A stretch of DNA of 17,751 bases from Thermodesulfobacteriota bacterium (lineage in GTDB: Bacteria > Desulfobacterota_D > UBA1144 > Nemesobacterales > N074bin48), in the NCBI GenBank assembly GCA_041572575.1, contig JBFFSH010000052.1, forward strand, positions 1 to 17,751. The letters run 5' to 3'. The position numbers and the translations under genes were made by a program. Below, piece by piece: positions 1-10,128 of the stretch. Position 1 is the first letter of the stretch; the number at the start of each line of letters is the position of its first letter. The notes under the pieces were generated by a model. It was not told where the DNA came from. It saw only the letters and a program-made list of their open reading frames with translations, and made no database searches.

Positions 1-1636
1 CTGTTGTGGTTTTCTGAAGCTCAATTTCTGAAATTAAAATACTTGGAGCAATGGTTGAAACGGGTACATAGCCGGATTCGGCACCGCAAAAACCATTGAA
101 TACTTTATAATCATTTCCGGTTGCTATGATTTTATTTATTGAGATTAGTGGAGTGCCTACAATTTCAACTCCTCTTACCGGGGTTTGCTCTCCGGTCTCC
201 GGGTCTACTTTATGCAGCAGGATTGGGGTTGCCTTAAAAGCCTGAAAATCATATGTAGAGGTATTGGTTTCTCCTCCTGTCATTTTTTTGATTATAAGTC
301 CAAACTCTTTTTTTTGTTTTTTAACTTCTTCAATTAATAGTTTTTGAAGTTCATCTTTTTGTACTTCATTTTGAGATTTAATTATTAGATTGCTCATCCT
401 GGCCATAGGGGAGCGTGAGTTTGATGACCTAGCGTGGCCATTAGAATTTAAAAACCCTTTTATTGGTGTGCGAGAAAGAAGAAAGTTTTTAAGAATACCA
501 TTTTTTACAAGTGTTACATTCTGACCCTCTATTCCCTGATCATCAAATAAATAATATCCTAGTAAGCTTTCATTGTTAAATTCATATAAGGTTGGGTTAT
601 CTTCTATTGAGAGAAAGGCAGGAATTATCCTTGTTCCCACTCTCTCAGAGAATGTCTGTCCCTGTGTATCATCAATCTGTCTCTCGCCTTCTAGTCTGTG
701 TCCAACTGCTTCATGAAATAAAATTCCTGCAGCCTCGGGTTCTAAAATTGCAGGAACATTGATAGGATTAATAGACTCAGCAATTTTGATTTCATAGGCC
801 TCGTCTATAACTCTTCTAAACTCTTTTTTTAGTGTATCTATATCAGGAATATCCGTGGGGTCTTTGTAATGAAAACTTGCAAAATTATTTATAACATTTC
901 CGTCTTCTGATATGGCTGATAAATCGATATTAATAGAATACAATATGTCGTCTGTAATATATTTTGATTTTTCAGAGCTTATAAAGAAAACAGTTTCTTT
1001 TTGAGCCGTAAAGGTAACTGTAGAATCACTGAGCTCCTTATACTCTTTTACTACAGAAGAAATATTTTTAAGCTTAGTCTCCCACTCTTTTTTATTAAAA
1101 AGAATCTGTTTTTCCTTGCCTATATAAGTGCTTGGCTTTTCCTTTGAGAAGCTTGGAAGGTTATCTTCATCTATTTCCTGCACTTTCTTTGCTTTTTTAG
1201 TAAAATACTGGGTAAGAGCTTTTTTGTAGGTATCGTCTGTTACTTGCCAAATCACAGCCCTTATACCATCAATATCGTTTTCAACAGGTAAGTAATTGTT
1301 CCTCTTGTAGCTCTGACTGCTTCCAGTCTGACCATTCTCTGAGTTATCGAACTGATAATTGCCAACTCTCACATCCACAAAAAGCTCTCTTGTCTTGCTG
1401 CTTTCAGAAACTATTAGGGATCCAAATTTAGCCATCAACTGATTTACTGTATTTTCCTTTACAAGGTAGCTCATAAAATATGGCTTATCATAATTTTCAA
1501 GCTTAAGCTTGCTCATAGACCTATTCAGTTCCTGCTCCATTGCTTTGAGGACTATAGTGTCAGACCTAGATTGATTGGCATGTACAATGGGTACAAAAAT
1601 AAAAATAATTAATATTGTAAAAAGTAGTTTTTTCAT
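1..1636 (-). CDS. TldD/PmbA-family metalloprotease (TldD-like catalytic subunit) with N-terminal signal peptide; 3' end truncated by the window edge
   Basis: Not in the ORF track; read manually. ATG at 1636 gives MKKLLFTILIIFIFVPIVHANQSRSDTIVLKAMEQELNRSMSKLKLENYDKPYF. The same frame contains HEAVGH (698-715, the TldD HExxxH metal motif), DDQG, NGHAR..SPMARMSNL and CGAESG (71-88), and is still open at position 2. Confidence 0.88.
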   Translation of the reverse strand, partial: MKKLLFTILIIFIFVPIVHANQSRSDTIVLKAMEQELNRSMSKLKLENYDKPYFMSYLVKENTVNQLMAKFGSLIVSESSKTRELFVDVRVGNYQFDNSENGQTGSSQSYKRNNYLPVENDIDGIRAVIWQVTDDTYKKALTQYFTKKAKKVQEIDEDNLPSFSKEKPSTYIGKEKQILFNKKEWETKLKNISSVVKEYKELSDSTVTFTAQKETVFFISSEKSKYITDDILYSINIDLSAISEDGNVINNFASFHYKDPTDIPDIDTLKKEFRRVIDEAYEIKIAESINPINVPAILEPEAAGILFHEAVGHRLEGERQIDDTQGQTFSERVGTRIIPAFLSIEDNPTLYEFNNESLLGYYLFDDQGIEGQNVTLVKNGILKNFLLSRTPIKGFLNSNGHARSSNSRSPMARMSNLIIKSQNEVQKDELQKLLIEEVKKQKKEFGLIIKKMTGGETNTSTYDFQAFKATPILLHKVDPETGEQTPVRGVEIVGTPLISINKIIATGNDYKVFNGFCGAESGYVPVSTIAPSILISEIELQKTTT

Positions 1637-1651
1637 ATTTAACCTTTTAGT

Positions 1652-2368
1652 TTACGTATACTGTTTATCAAATATTTGTAATAAAAAAGCTGATAAACTG
1701 CAAGAGGATTTTTTTAATTTAATAAATCTAAACTCAAGGTACTTATAAAACAAATATGGATTTCTAATAAAATATTTTACCGATCTTACTGTATTCAGGC
1801 TGCCATTAGAGCTATAAATATATCCAAAATCAGGCAGATTATCCGAAGCTAGATCGGAAACTGACCTAATGCTGGTTAAAGGGATGTCAAACTTCCTGCA
1901 AACCTCAGCAGCTCCCCATGTTTCCATATCTACAATTATTGCTTTAGACTTCGTTTTTAATTCATTCTTAGCTTTACTGGTATTAACAAACCTGTTATGT
2001 GTGAGTAATCCGCCGGTTTTAATTCCTGATAACTCTTTGTCATTTATGTATCTAAGGTTTATCCTTTCATCCTTTATGATGCTATAAACCCAATCTGAGA
2101 TTATTATATCTCCTATTTTTAATTCTGAATTCAATGCCCCGGATACTCCTGTTATATAAACTTGCTCAGATTTCAGGTTATTTATAGCGTAGCTGACTGC
2201 TATTCTGGCATTTTTTATCCCAACTCCGCTTTGTATTATTTGGTAGAGTTTAGAATTAAGTTCTATATCTTTTATTTTGAGGCTGTTTGAAGAATAATGT
2301 TTTAACATTTTGCAGTGACTTATAAATTGTTCAATTTCTTTAAAGTTTGCCGTTATTATTGTAGTCAA
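1652..2368 (-). CDS. Nucleoside phosphorylase / MTA-SAH nucleosidase superfamily protein (PNP_UDP_1), possibly HpnG-like
   Basis: Motifs SGVG, ITGVSGAL...KIGDIII, IVDMETWG and IRSVSD are typical of the PNP/UDP/MTAN fold. TTG start; exact start uncertain. Confidence 0.82.
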   Translation of the reverse strand: MTTIITANFKEIEQFISHCKMLKHYSSNSLKIKDIELNSKLYQIIQSGVGIKNARIAVSYAINNLKSEQVYITGVSGALNSELKIGDIIISDWVYSIIKDERINLRYINDKELSGIKTGGLLTHNRFVNTSKAKNELKTKSKAIIVDMETWGAAEVCRKFDIPLTSIRSVSDLASDNLPDFGYIYSSNGSLNTVRSVKYFIRNPYLFYKYLEFRFIKLKKSSCSLSAFLLQIFDKQYT

Positions 2369-2401
2369 TTTTTATGGTTATATATTTGAGTTTGGTACAT
2401 T

Positions 2402-3205
2402 CTACCCTAAGAAATGCATTAACGTTATTACGGCAGCAAGTACGATTCTGTAATAAACAAAATATTTATAGCCTCTGAATCTAACAAACCTAAGTAGATA
2501 TTTAATGGCAAGAAAAGCAAAGACTGCAGAGACTAATATTCCTATTAAAAAAGGAGTCTGAAAAATAGATTCCACTGACATATGTCTGGATTCATAGACT
2601 GTGGCACCTACTATGAGCGGAGCTGCCATTAAAAAAGAGAATTTTGCAGCTTCATCGGTTTTGAAGTTTCTTAGCAGTGCACCGGTAATTGTTACTCCAG
2701 ATCTGGAAGCTCCGGGTATTATGGCAAAAGCCTGTGCAGCTCCTATAATTAAGCTGTCTTTTATAGTCATATTGTTTATGGATCTTTTTTCTTTGGAAAC
2801 TTTATTTGAATAAAGTAATAGCAGACCAAATATTAGCAGTGAACCTGCTATTATGAGTGGGTGTCTGAGTATTCCGGCAGCGTAGGTTTCAAATAAAAGT
2901 CCACTTATTACAGCTGGGATAGTTGCTAAAATAATAAACAGGCCAACCCTGCCATACTCCAAATCATTAAAGTTTCGTTTAAGAGCACCTTGAATAAACT
3001 GTGAAATTACAAGTTTCCATGTATTTCTAAAATAAACCAAAATTGCAAAAAGGCTTCCAAAGTGAAGCGCTACGTTGTAGCTTAGCCCCGGGTCTTTCCA
3101 AGAAAAAAACCAAGGGATCAATGCCAGGTGAGCCGTGCTGCTTATAGGAAAGAATTCTGTTATGCCCTGTATTATTCCAAGAATTATAGATTGAAAAATA
3201 TCCAA
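2402..3205 (-). CDS. uppP: Undecaprenyl-diphosphate phosphatase (BacA/UppP)
   Basis: GIIQGITEFFPISSTAHL and AQAFAIIPGASRSGVTI signature motifs, AKFSFL, multiple hydrophobic segments, 267 aa. TTG start with AAGGA upstream. Confidence 0.97.
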   Translation of the reverse strand: MDIFQSIILGIIQGITEFFPISSTAHLALIPWFFSWKDPGLSYNVALHFGSLFAILVYFRNTWKLVISQFIQGALKRNFNDLEYGRVGLFIILATIPAVISGLLFETYAAGILRHPLIIAGSLLIFGLLLLYSNKVSKEKRSINNMTIKDSLIIGAAQAFAIIPGASRSGVTITGALLRNFKTDEAAKFSFLMAAPLIVGATVYESRHMSVESIFQTPFLIGILVSAVFAFLAIKYLLRFVRFRGYKYFVYYRIVLAAVITLMHFLG

Positions 3206-3222
3206 GTTTTATCCTTTGTGTG

Positions 3223-6030
3223 TTAGTGTAATACCTTTTTTAAGTATTTTGCCGTATAAGAATTCTTAGATTTAATAATATTTTCAGGTGTTCCTTTTGC
3301 TACTACCCTGCCTCCTTTATCTCCACCTTCAGGACCTAGATCAATTATGTAATCAGCACTTTTAATTACGTCTAAGTTATGTTCAATCACGATCACACTG
3401 TTTCCCTTTTCTACAAGCTCCTGCAGGATTGTAAGCAGTTTTTTCACATCTTCAAAATGTAGTCCGATTGTAGGTTCATCGAGTATGTAAAGCGTGTTTT
3501 TAGAAGAACTTTTAGACATTTCCTTTGACAGCTTTATCCTCTGTGCTTCACCGCCGGAAAGTGTAGTGGCCTGTTGTCCAAGCCTTATGTACTCAAGTCC
3601 TACATCAGACAATACCTGCAGGCTTTTCTTGATTTTTGGGATATTAATAAAAAAATCCAAAGCTTCATGAACAGTCATATTTAATATATCTGAGATGGTC
3701 TTTCCCTTATAGTTTATCTGGAGTGTTTCGTCGTTGTACCTATTGCCTGAGCACTTATCACATTTAACATACACATCTGAAAGGAAGTGCATATCTATTT
3801 TTATTACTCCCCCACCCTTGCATTCTTCACACCTCCCTCCGCTTACGTTAAAACTAAATCTAGAAGATGTGTATCCTCTTAGCTTTGATTCCGGAAGCAT
3901 TGAAAACATCTGCCTAATTTCTGTAAAAATCCCAGTGTACGTAACAGGGTTTGACCTGGGAGTTCTGCCTATTGGTGTTTGATCTACATTAATAATTCTT
4001 TTTATGTTTTCAGCACCTGAAATTTCCTTACAGTTTCCTGGCTTAATATTACTCTTATATAGCGTTTTCATTAGTGATTTATACAAAATATCGTTTATAA
4101 GCGTGCTCTTGCCAGAACCTGAAACACCGGTGATACAGTTAAATAAACCAAGTGGTATTGAAATTTCGTTTATCTTCAGATTGTTCTCTGAGGGGTTTTG
4201 GATAAGTATATACTGTCCGTTTTGTTTTCTTCTTTTTTTAGGAACATTTATTTTGAGCTTTCCGGAAATATAATTCCCAGTAAGAGATTGTTTGTTTTTT
4301 ATTAATCTAGATTTGTCTCCACTGTGTATTACTTCGCCTCCAAGCTCCCCTGCTCCCCTGCCAATATCAATCACATGATCAGAATTTACTATCATTTCTT
4401 CATCATGCTCAACTACAATTACGGTGTTTCCTTTATCACGCAGTCTTTTAAGAGTGTTTATTAACAGGGCGTTGTCTCTTTGGTGAAGACCAATTGTGGG
4501 TTCGTCAAGTACATATGTGATCCCAGTAAGGTTAGAACCTACCTGGCTTGCAAGCCTTATTCTCTGTGCTTCACCGCCAGAAAGTGTCGGGGCGGATCTA
4601 TCGAGCGATAGGTAATTTAAACCCACTTCAGCAAGGAAACTGAGCCTGCTTAGAATTTCACTAACTATTGCTTTTCCAATAAGCTGTTCTCTGCCGCTTA
4701 ATTTTAATTTTTCATAAAACTTTATAGAGGCTGAAACTGATAGCTTTGAAAGTTGAAAAATATTATTATTTGCTACAAGGATAGAAAGACTTTCTTTTCT
4801 AAGCCTGGCTCCACCACATTCACTGCAAACAGAAGTTGTTATATATTTTGAAAGAGTCTCTTTTATATCAATTGAATTTGTTTCGCCATACCAGTCTGAG
4901 AGCATTCCAATAATCCCGGAAAATGTATCAGAATATTGCTCACTTGATTTTTTATTGGTTTTTCGAAATTTTATCCTCTCATCCGGATTTCCATAAAAGA
5001 CTATGTCTGAGATTTTTTTTGAGTATTTGTTTAGAGGTGTATCCAGACTGAAATCATAGTGTTTTGATACGCCTTGCATGATATCAAGGAAATATTTGGA
5101 TTTTTTCCATGGTATTATAGTTCCTTCATTAATAGATTTATCCCAGTTTTCTACCACGAGTTCAGGATCAAAGAACGTGTCGGTGCCTATTCCCTGGCAC
5201 TTTTGGCAAGCACCGTACGGACTGTTAAATGAAAAAAGTCTGGGAGAGATTTCCGGGTAGTTCATACTGCATACAGGACATGAAAAATTCTCGCTCAGTA
5301 TAAGTCTGTTATCTCTGTCCGATTCAATGGCTACAACACCACCTGATCTCTTAAGAGATTCCGAAATTGCATCGGTTAACATTATCTCAGATGCTTTATT
5401 GTTAATTTCCACTACATCTATTAGAACATCTATATTATGTTTTTTTTGCTTGTCTATTTTTATCTCATCATCAAGATCAAAAAGCTGTCCATCGATCTTA
5501 ACCTTTAAAAATCCCTCATGTCTCAGGTCATCAAGCTCTTTCTTATATTCCCCTTTTCTGCCTTGTACTATGGGAGAATAAACAAACAAATATTTATCTT
5601 TATCCATATTTAATGCCCTTACTAACATCTGATCCAGATTCTGGGCACTGATTTCCACATTGCATTTGTAGCAGTATGGTTTACCTATTCTTGCAAAAAA
5701 TACCCTTAAGTAATCGTAGATTTCTGTAATAGTTCCAACTGTTGATCGGGGATTTCTTAAAAAAGTTTTCTGATCCACTGAGATTGCAGGAGAAAGACCT
5801 TCAATCGAATCAACATCTGGTTTATCAAGGTTTTCAGTAAATTGTCTGGCGTACGAAGAAAGTGATTCCATATATCTTCTTTGTCCTTCTGCAAAAATAG
5901 TATCAAAAGCAAGAGAAGACTTGCCGGAACCACTAAGACCTGTGATTACAGAAATTCTGTTTCTTGGAATATCTACATCTATATTTTTTAGATTGTGCTG
6001 CCGGGCACCCTTTATCTTAATGAAATTCAA
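3223..6030 (-). CDS. uvrA: Excinuclease ABC subunit A
   Basis: GARQHNLKN start, two Walker A motifs ([18 protein letters not shown]), two LSGGEAQR signatures, two LDEPTIGLH motifs, CxxC zinc-finger pairs, 935 aa. Confidence 0.99.
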   Translation of the reverse strand: MNFIKIKGARQHNLKNIDVDIPRNRISVITGLSGSGKSSLAFDTIFAEGQRRYMESLSSYARQFTENLDKPDVDSIEGLSPAISVDQKTFLRNPRSTVGTITEIYDYLRVFFARIGKPYCYKCNVEISAQNLDQMLVRALNMDKDKYLFVYSPIVQGRKGEYKKELDDLRHEGFLKVKIDGQLFDLDDEIKIDKQKKHNIDVLIDVVEINNKASEIMLTDAISESLKRSGGVVAIESDRDNRLILSENFSCPVCSMNYPEISPRLFSFNSPYGACQKCQGIGTDTFFDPELVVENWDKSINEGTIIPWKKSKYFLDIMQGVSKHYDFSLDTPLNKYSKKISDIVFYGNPDERIKFRKTNKKSSEQYSDTFSGIIGMLSDWYGETNSIDIKETLSKYITTSVCSECGGARLRKESLSILVANNNIFQLSKLSVSASIKFYEKLKLSGREQLIGKAIVSEILSRLSFLAEVGLNYLSLDRSAPTLSGGEAQRIRLASQVGSNLTGITYVLDEPTIGLHQRDNALLINTLKRLRDKGNTVIVVEHDEEMIVNSDHVIDIGRGAGELGGEVIHSGDKSRLIKNKQSLTGNYISGKLKINVPKKRRKQNGQYILIQNPSENNLKINEISIPLGLFNCITGVSGSGKSTLINDILYKSLMKTLYKSNIKPGNCKEISGAENIKRIINVDQTPIGRTPRSNPVTYTGIFTEIRQMFSMLPESKLRGYTSSRFSFNVSGGRCEECKGGGVIKIDMHFLSDVYVKCDKCSGNRYNDETLQINYKGKTISDILNMTVHEALDFFINIPKIKKSLQVLSDVGLEYIRLGQQATTLSGGEAQRIKLSKEMSKSSSKNTLYILDEPTIGLHFEDVKKLLTILQELVEKGNSVIVIEHNLDVIKSADYIIDLGPEGGDKGGRVVAKGTPENIIKSKNSYTAKYLKKVLH

Positions 6031-6107
6031 AGTAATGGGAGTTTACCTAAAAAAAATGAACAAATAATAAAAGTATATAAAATAGTATTATGGTTGATAT
6101 AACTAAT

Positions 6108-6800
6108 TTAGATTCTCTCAGCAGACTTTTTTATAAAATGATTGAATAGCCGTGCTGACGCCAGATTGTTTTCAAGTTCAGGATGCCACTGGACAGCAGT
6201 TATATATCCGTCCTCAGATTCAAAAGCTTCTACAATATCATCATCTGATCTTGCAGAAATAATTAAATCTTTACTGACTTTCTTTATTGCTTGATGGTGG
6301 TAGCTGTTTACTTTAAATCTGTTTGTTCTAATTATCTTTTTTAAGTTTGTATCGCTTACTATGTTAACTGAGTGCTCTGCTCCTTTCTCATGGTTTAATG
6401 CATCTGGCAAAAGAGACTGTATGTCCTGATATAATGAACCTCCGAAATATACATTGATGAACTGCATACCTCCGCAAATTCCAAGAACAGGAATATTGTT
6501 TTTAAGTGTCTGCTCTAAAATAATATACTCTGAAACTGTTCTTTGATGGTTCATTGGGTTTAATTTTTTGTGAGGCTTTTGGTTGTAGTATTTTGGATTC
6601 ATATCTCTTGAACCAGGTATCAATAGACCATCTATGCTGTTTGTAAGTTCTCTAAGAATTCTTTTACTACTAAGCGAAGGAATAAGCACCGGTAATCCTC
6701 CGTGTTTTGCTATTGAAGCAGAATAAGTCTTTTCAATTCCGAAGTATTTATCTTTATAGTCAGTGGTAATACCGATAACAGGTCTTGATTTGTATTTCAT
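6108..6800 (-). CDS. Class I glutamine amidotransferase-like protein, peptidase C26 / gamma-glutamyl-GABA hydrolase (PuuD-like) family
   Basis: RPVIGIT start, PVLGICGGMQ nucleophile elbow, VNSYHHQAI, AVQWHPE (Cys-His-Glu triad). Confidence 0.92.
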   Translation of the reverse strand: MKYKSRPVIGITTDYKDKYFGIEKTYSASIAKHGGLPVLIPSLSSKRILRELTNSIDGLLIPGSRDMNPKYYNQKPHKKLNPMNHQRTVSEYIILEQTLKNNIPVLGICGGMQFINVYFGGSLYQDIQSLLPDALNHEKGAEHSVNIVSDTNLKKIIRTNRFKVNSYHHQAIKKVSKDLIISARSDDDIVEAFESEDGYITAVQWHPELENNLASARLFNHFIKKSAERI

Positions 6801-6915
6801 AATACAGGGTGCAGTAAAGCTATAATAATATGTAAGATTATAGTCTTGTTATTTTTTATTACTATAGATTATTTTGAAAAAACTCAGGTCCTGTAACTAG
6901 ATAAATTCTAACTAT

Positions 6916-9900
6916 TTATTTCAATAGTACAGAGTCGAGTGTCGTCTTAAGATCATCTATTGTATAGGGTTTTTTAATAACACCCTTAAATCCAAAGTTC
7001 TCAAACTCAGACATTACAGGATCATTTGAATAACCGCTGCATATTAGAGCATTGATATTAGGATCTATTTCTTTAAGTTTGATAATTGTTTCTTTTCCAC
7101 CCATTCCGCCAGGAACAGTAAGGTCTAGGATTACTAAATCATATATATTCCCATTATTTAACGCTTTTTGATATTCCTGGATGGTTTGAGCTCCATCTTT
7201 GGTCTGTTGAATTTTAAATCCAAGTTTACTTAGTATATTGCAAAGGGCGTCTCTTACTTCATCATCATCATCCATCACTAAAACTTTTCCGGAATATTTT
7301 GAAATACCATTAATTCTCTTGGGAGTTGTTTTTTCTGACATAGAATTAATTGCCGGAAGAGTAATTGATATTTTGGTTCCTCTTCCTATAAGAGATCTGA
7401 TATCTATAGTGCCACCATGTTTTTTAATAATGGAGTAAACTGTTGTAAGACCTAGTCCGCTTCCGGACTGTTTGGTAGTAAAATAAGGATCAAATACCTT
7501 ATTCAAATGATTATCTTCAATTCCTATTCCAGTGTCTAGTATTTCTAAGAGTATGTGATTTCCGTTTGTAGAGTCTGTCTTATTCATTGCAGATATGGTA
7601 ATTAATCCTCCATTAGGCATGGACTGGATTGAATTGATCACAAGATTGTTAATTACCTGGGCAATCTGTCCTTTATCGGCTTCAATTTTCCAAAGGTCGG
7701 GCTGTATATCAAAGTTGCATTTACTTGTAGAACCCCTTGAAGAAAACTCTGCGGTTTCTCTTATTAACTCTGCTAAATCCAAAGGTTCTTTTACAGGTTC
7801 ACCACCTTTTGAAAAAGTTAGAAGCTGCTGAGTAATGTTTTTAGCCCGTGTACATGCTTTTTCAGTATTTTCTAATCTAATATATGCGTCGTTATCTTTT
7901 GGAACCGCAATTTTGGCAAGAGCAATATTACCTAATATAGAAGTGAGATAGTTATTGAAATCATGGGCAAGCCCTCCGGCCAGAAGCCCAATTGAATCCA
8001 TTTTCTGTGTGTGCAGGAGTTCTTCTTCATGTTTTTTTCTATCGGTTATGTCAGTTGCTAAAACATAAAAACCTAAAATCTCTTCTTGGGATTCATGAGG
8101 GATGAACTTAGCACTTATAAATCTTTCACCCATCTCAGGATGCAAAACAGAATGTTCAACTTCTTGCTCAGAACCTGATAGTACTTTTTTAAAATAGTTT
8201 TCCAATAGGCTGAAAGTTTTGTTTCCATGAAGATCTCGAATGTGCTTGCCTATAATATCCTTGATATCGGTGTCGAACCATGTTTCATAGTATTTATTTA
8301 CATACTCATAACGCAGGTTTTTACTAACGTAGGAAATAAATACTGGAAGACCATCGGCTATCAATCTCAGCTGCTGTTCGCTTGCCTCTAATGCTTCTTG
8401 TGCTTTTTTCATTTCTGAAATATCTTCTACAACACAAATAACATATATGACCTTTCCCTCGGTATTTCTAATAGGGGCTGAACTTACAGAAAGCCATTTA
8501 TATGCAGAGCTTGTAGTTGCGCTATACAGGGCATCTGTTTTGCCCATTTTTCCTTCAAACGCTTCTGAAATAATAGGAACAAAGCTTTTATCCTTTAATT
8601 TATTAAGATCAAGTCCGATTACTTTATCATGAGTAGACTCGAACATCTCGACCATTCTATGATTGGTTTGAATGATTCTAAGATCCTTATCAATTACACA
8701 TATACCTATAGGGGATTGATCATGCAGTACTCTGTAGCGTTCTTCACTTATTCTTAAAGCTTCCTGTGCTTTTTTTCTTTCCGTAACATCTATAATATTT
8801 GCTAAAAATACATCCTGTCCATTAAATTGAGAGATTTGCAGATATACTTCCACTGGATATAGAGAGCCATTTTTTCTTTGGTGTTCTGTCTCAAAAACCA
8901 GAATAACTGTTTTTCCATTTACTAGAGGCTTTACCAGTGCAGTAATATCTTCAGCGGATATTTTTGGTTTTATATCAAGTGCATTCATACAAGTAAGTTC
9001 ATCCAGTGTATATCCCAGATTTTTTCTTGCACCCTCGTTTACAAAAATAAGATTTAGTGTACCGGGATCGAAAATATAGATTTCATTAAGCGATGAGTCC
9101 AGAATTTCTCCAAGCTGTGTTGCCTGCTCTACCAGTTTTTTATGTTCTGTAATATCATCACATACGATCAAAACTACTATTTGACCTGATGATTTCTCAA
9201 CAACCCTGGCGCTTTCTTTAACCCATATTACTGTGCCGTCTTTTTTTATTTTTCTAAATTCCCAATTTACAATTTTCCCCGGTTTATTTAAACAAAGTGA
9301 GAACTGTTCTTTTACAGCTTCTTTATCCTCTTCATAGAATACATTTAGTACAGGTTTACGGATCAATTCATCTGGTTTATATCCTAATTGTTCGGCGCCA
9401 AATTTATTTACTGATATAACTACTCCTTTCTCACTAACCGTAAAATACATGGAAGGGTTATCATCATATAAAGCTTTATATTTTCTTTCACTTTTCTGAA
9501 GCTCATCCAAAGCCTTTTTTTGCTCGGTGATATCAATTTTATTAGCAACAAATACTTTTTGACCGTTAAAGGTCGAAAGTTGCAGAACAACATAAACAGG
9601 ATAGATTGAACCGTCTTTTCTTCTTAAAGCAGTTTCAAAGTTAAGCCTGGATTTCTCACCACTTAGTAGAGGTTCAACAAGCTTGTCAGCAGATTCAGGT
9701 GTGAGTTCAGGATTAATATCAAGGGGAGTCATGTCATAAAATTCTTTAGCAGAATACCCCAGGTTGTTTCTTGCCGATTGATTGGTAAACACAAATTTAA
9801 AGGTCTCAGCATCAAATATAAGTATTTCATTAAGGGAGTTATCAAGTATATGACCTAATTGTGAAACCTGATCAGGAATATCTGAGTCTTCTGAAACTCT

Positions 9901-9996
9901 AAGCTCAGATTGTAGTTTACCAATAGTAGTGTTAAGACTATTTATATGATCAATTAACTGTTTTTTAGTTAATTTTTGTAAATTCATTTCTATCAT
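6916..9996 (-). CDS. Cytoplasmic multi-PAS hybrid sensor histidine kinase (about 5 PAS - HisKA - HATPase_c - REC)
   Basis: Repeated PAS/PAC ends (DITEQK, DITEHK, DVTERK, DISEMK, DITDRK), H-box GGLAHDFNN, N-box QVINNLVINS, DTGIGI, FDPYFTTK, GSGLGL, C-terminal receiver (VMDDD...ILDLTVPG...KPY). No obvious transmembrane segment. Start could be the second Met. Confidence 0.95.
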   Translation of the reverse strand: MIEMNLQKLTKKQLIDHINSLNTTIGKLQSELRVSEDSDIPDQVSQLGHILDNSLNEILIFDAETFKFVFTNQSARNNLGYSAKEFYDMTPLDINPELTPESADKLVEPLLSGEKSRLNFETALRRKDGSIYPVYVVLQLSTFNGQKVFVANKIDITEQKKALDELQKSERKYKALYDDNPSMYFTVSEKGVVISVNKFGAEQLGYKPDELIRKPVLNVFYEEDKEAVKEQFSLCLNKPGKIVNWEFRKIKKDGTVIWVKESARVVEKSSGQIVVLIVCDDITEHKKLVEQATQLGEILDSSLNEIYIFDPGTLNLIFVNEGARKNLGYTLDELTCMNALDIKPKISAEDITALVKPLVNGKTVILVFETEHQRKNGSLYPVEVYLQISQFNGQDVFLANIIDVTERKKAQEALRISEERYRVLHDQSPIGICVIDKDLRIIQTNHRMVEMFESTHDKVIGLDLNKLKDKSFVPIISEAFEGKMGKTDALYSATTSSAYKWLSVSSAPIRNTEGKVIYVICVVEDISEMKKAQEALEASEQQLRLIADGLPVFISYVSKNLRYEYVNKYYETWFDTDIKDIIGKHIRDLHGNKTFSLLENYFKKVLSGSEQEVEHSVLHPEMGERFISAKFIPHESQEEILGFYVLATDITDRKKHEEELLHTQKMDSIGLLAGGLAHDFNNYLTSILGNIALAKIAVPKDNDAYIRLENTEKACTRAKNITQQLLTFSKGGEPVKEPLDLAELIRETAEFSSRGSTSKCNFDIQPDLWKIEADKGQIAQVINNLVINSIQSMPNGGLITISAMNKTDSTNGNHILLEILDTGIGIEDNHLNKVFDPYFTTKQSGSGLGLTTVYSIIKKHGGTIDIRSLIGRGTKISITLPAINSMSEKTTPKRINGISKYSGKVLVMDDDDEVRDALCNILSKLGFKIQQTKDGAQTIQEYQKALNNGNIYDLVILDLTVPGGMGGKETIIKLKEIDPNINALICSGYSNDPVMSEFENFGFKGVIKKPYTIDDLKTTLDSVLLK

Positions 9997-10047
9997 TACA
10001 ATTAAAGTTTAATTTATTTAAGACAAAAAGCACCCTGTTATATACAG

Positions 10048-10064
10048 TGCAAACGCTATGCCAA
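10048..10064 (-). promoter_or_regulatory. Sigma54 (RpoN) -24/-12 promoter upstream of the hybrid kinase
   Basis: Minus strand reads TTGGCATAGCGTTTGCA: GG-N10-GC spacing exact, close to consensus YTGGCACGrNNNTTGCW, intergenic, correctly oriented about 50 bp upstream of the kinase start. Confidence 0.75.
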
Positions 10065-10128
10065 CTATGTTGAAAAATTTAGTCATAATATCAGAGATAA
10101 ATTTTTATGAGTTTAATGAGATATAACC

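Noticed and set aside
6031..6107. SOS box upstream of uvrA
   Set aside because: No match to CTGT-N8-ACAG or GAAC-N4-GTTC; only a weak imperfect palindrome (GTTGATATAAC) in AT-rich sequence.
1869..8632. Short plus-strand ORFs (1869, 2601, 3734, 4004, 5078, 5327, 7238, 7595, 8447)
   Set aside because: All lie antisense within well-supported minus-strand genes; typical shadow ORFs.
10035..10047. CTGT-TATAT-ACAG as a LexA SOS box
   Set aside because: Spacer is 5 nt rather than the 8 nt of the CTGT-N8-ACAG box, and it is not upstream of a repair gene.
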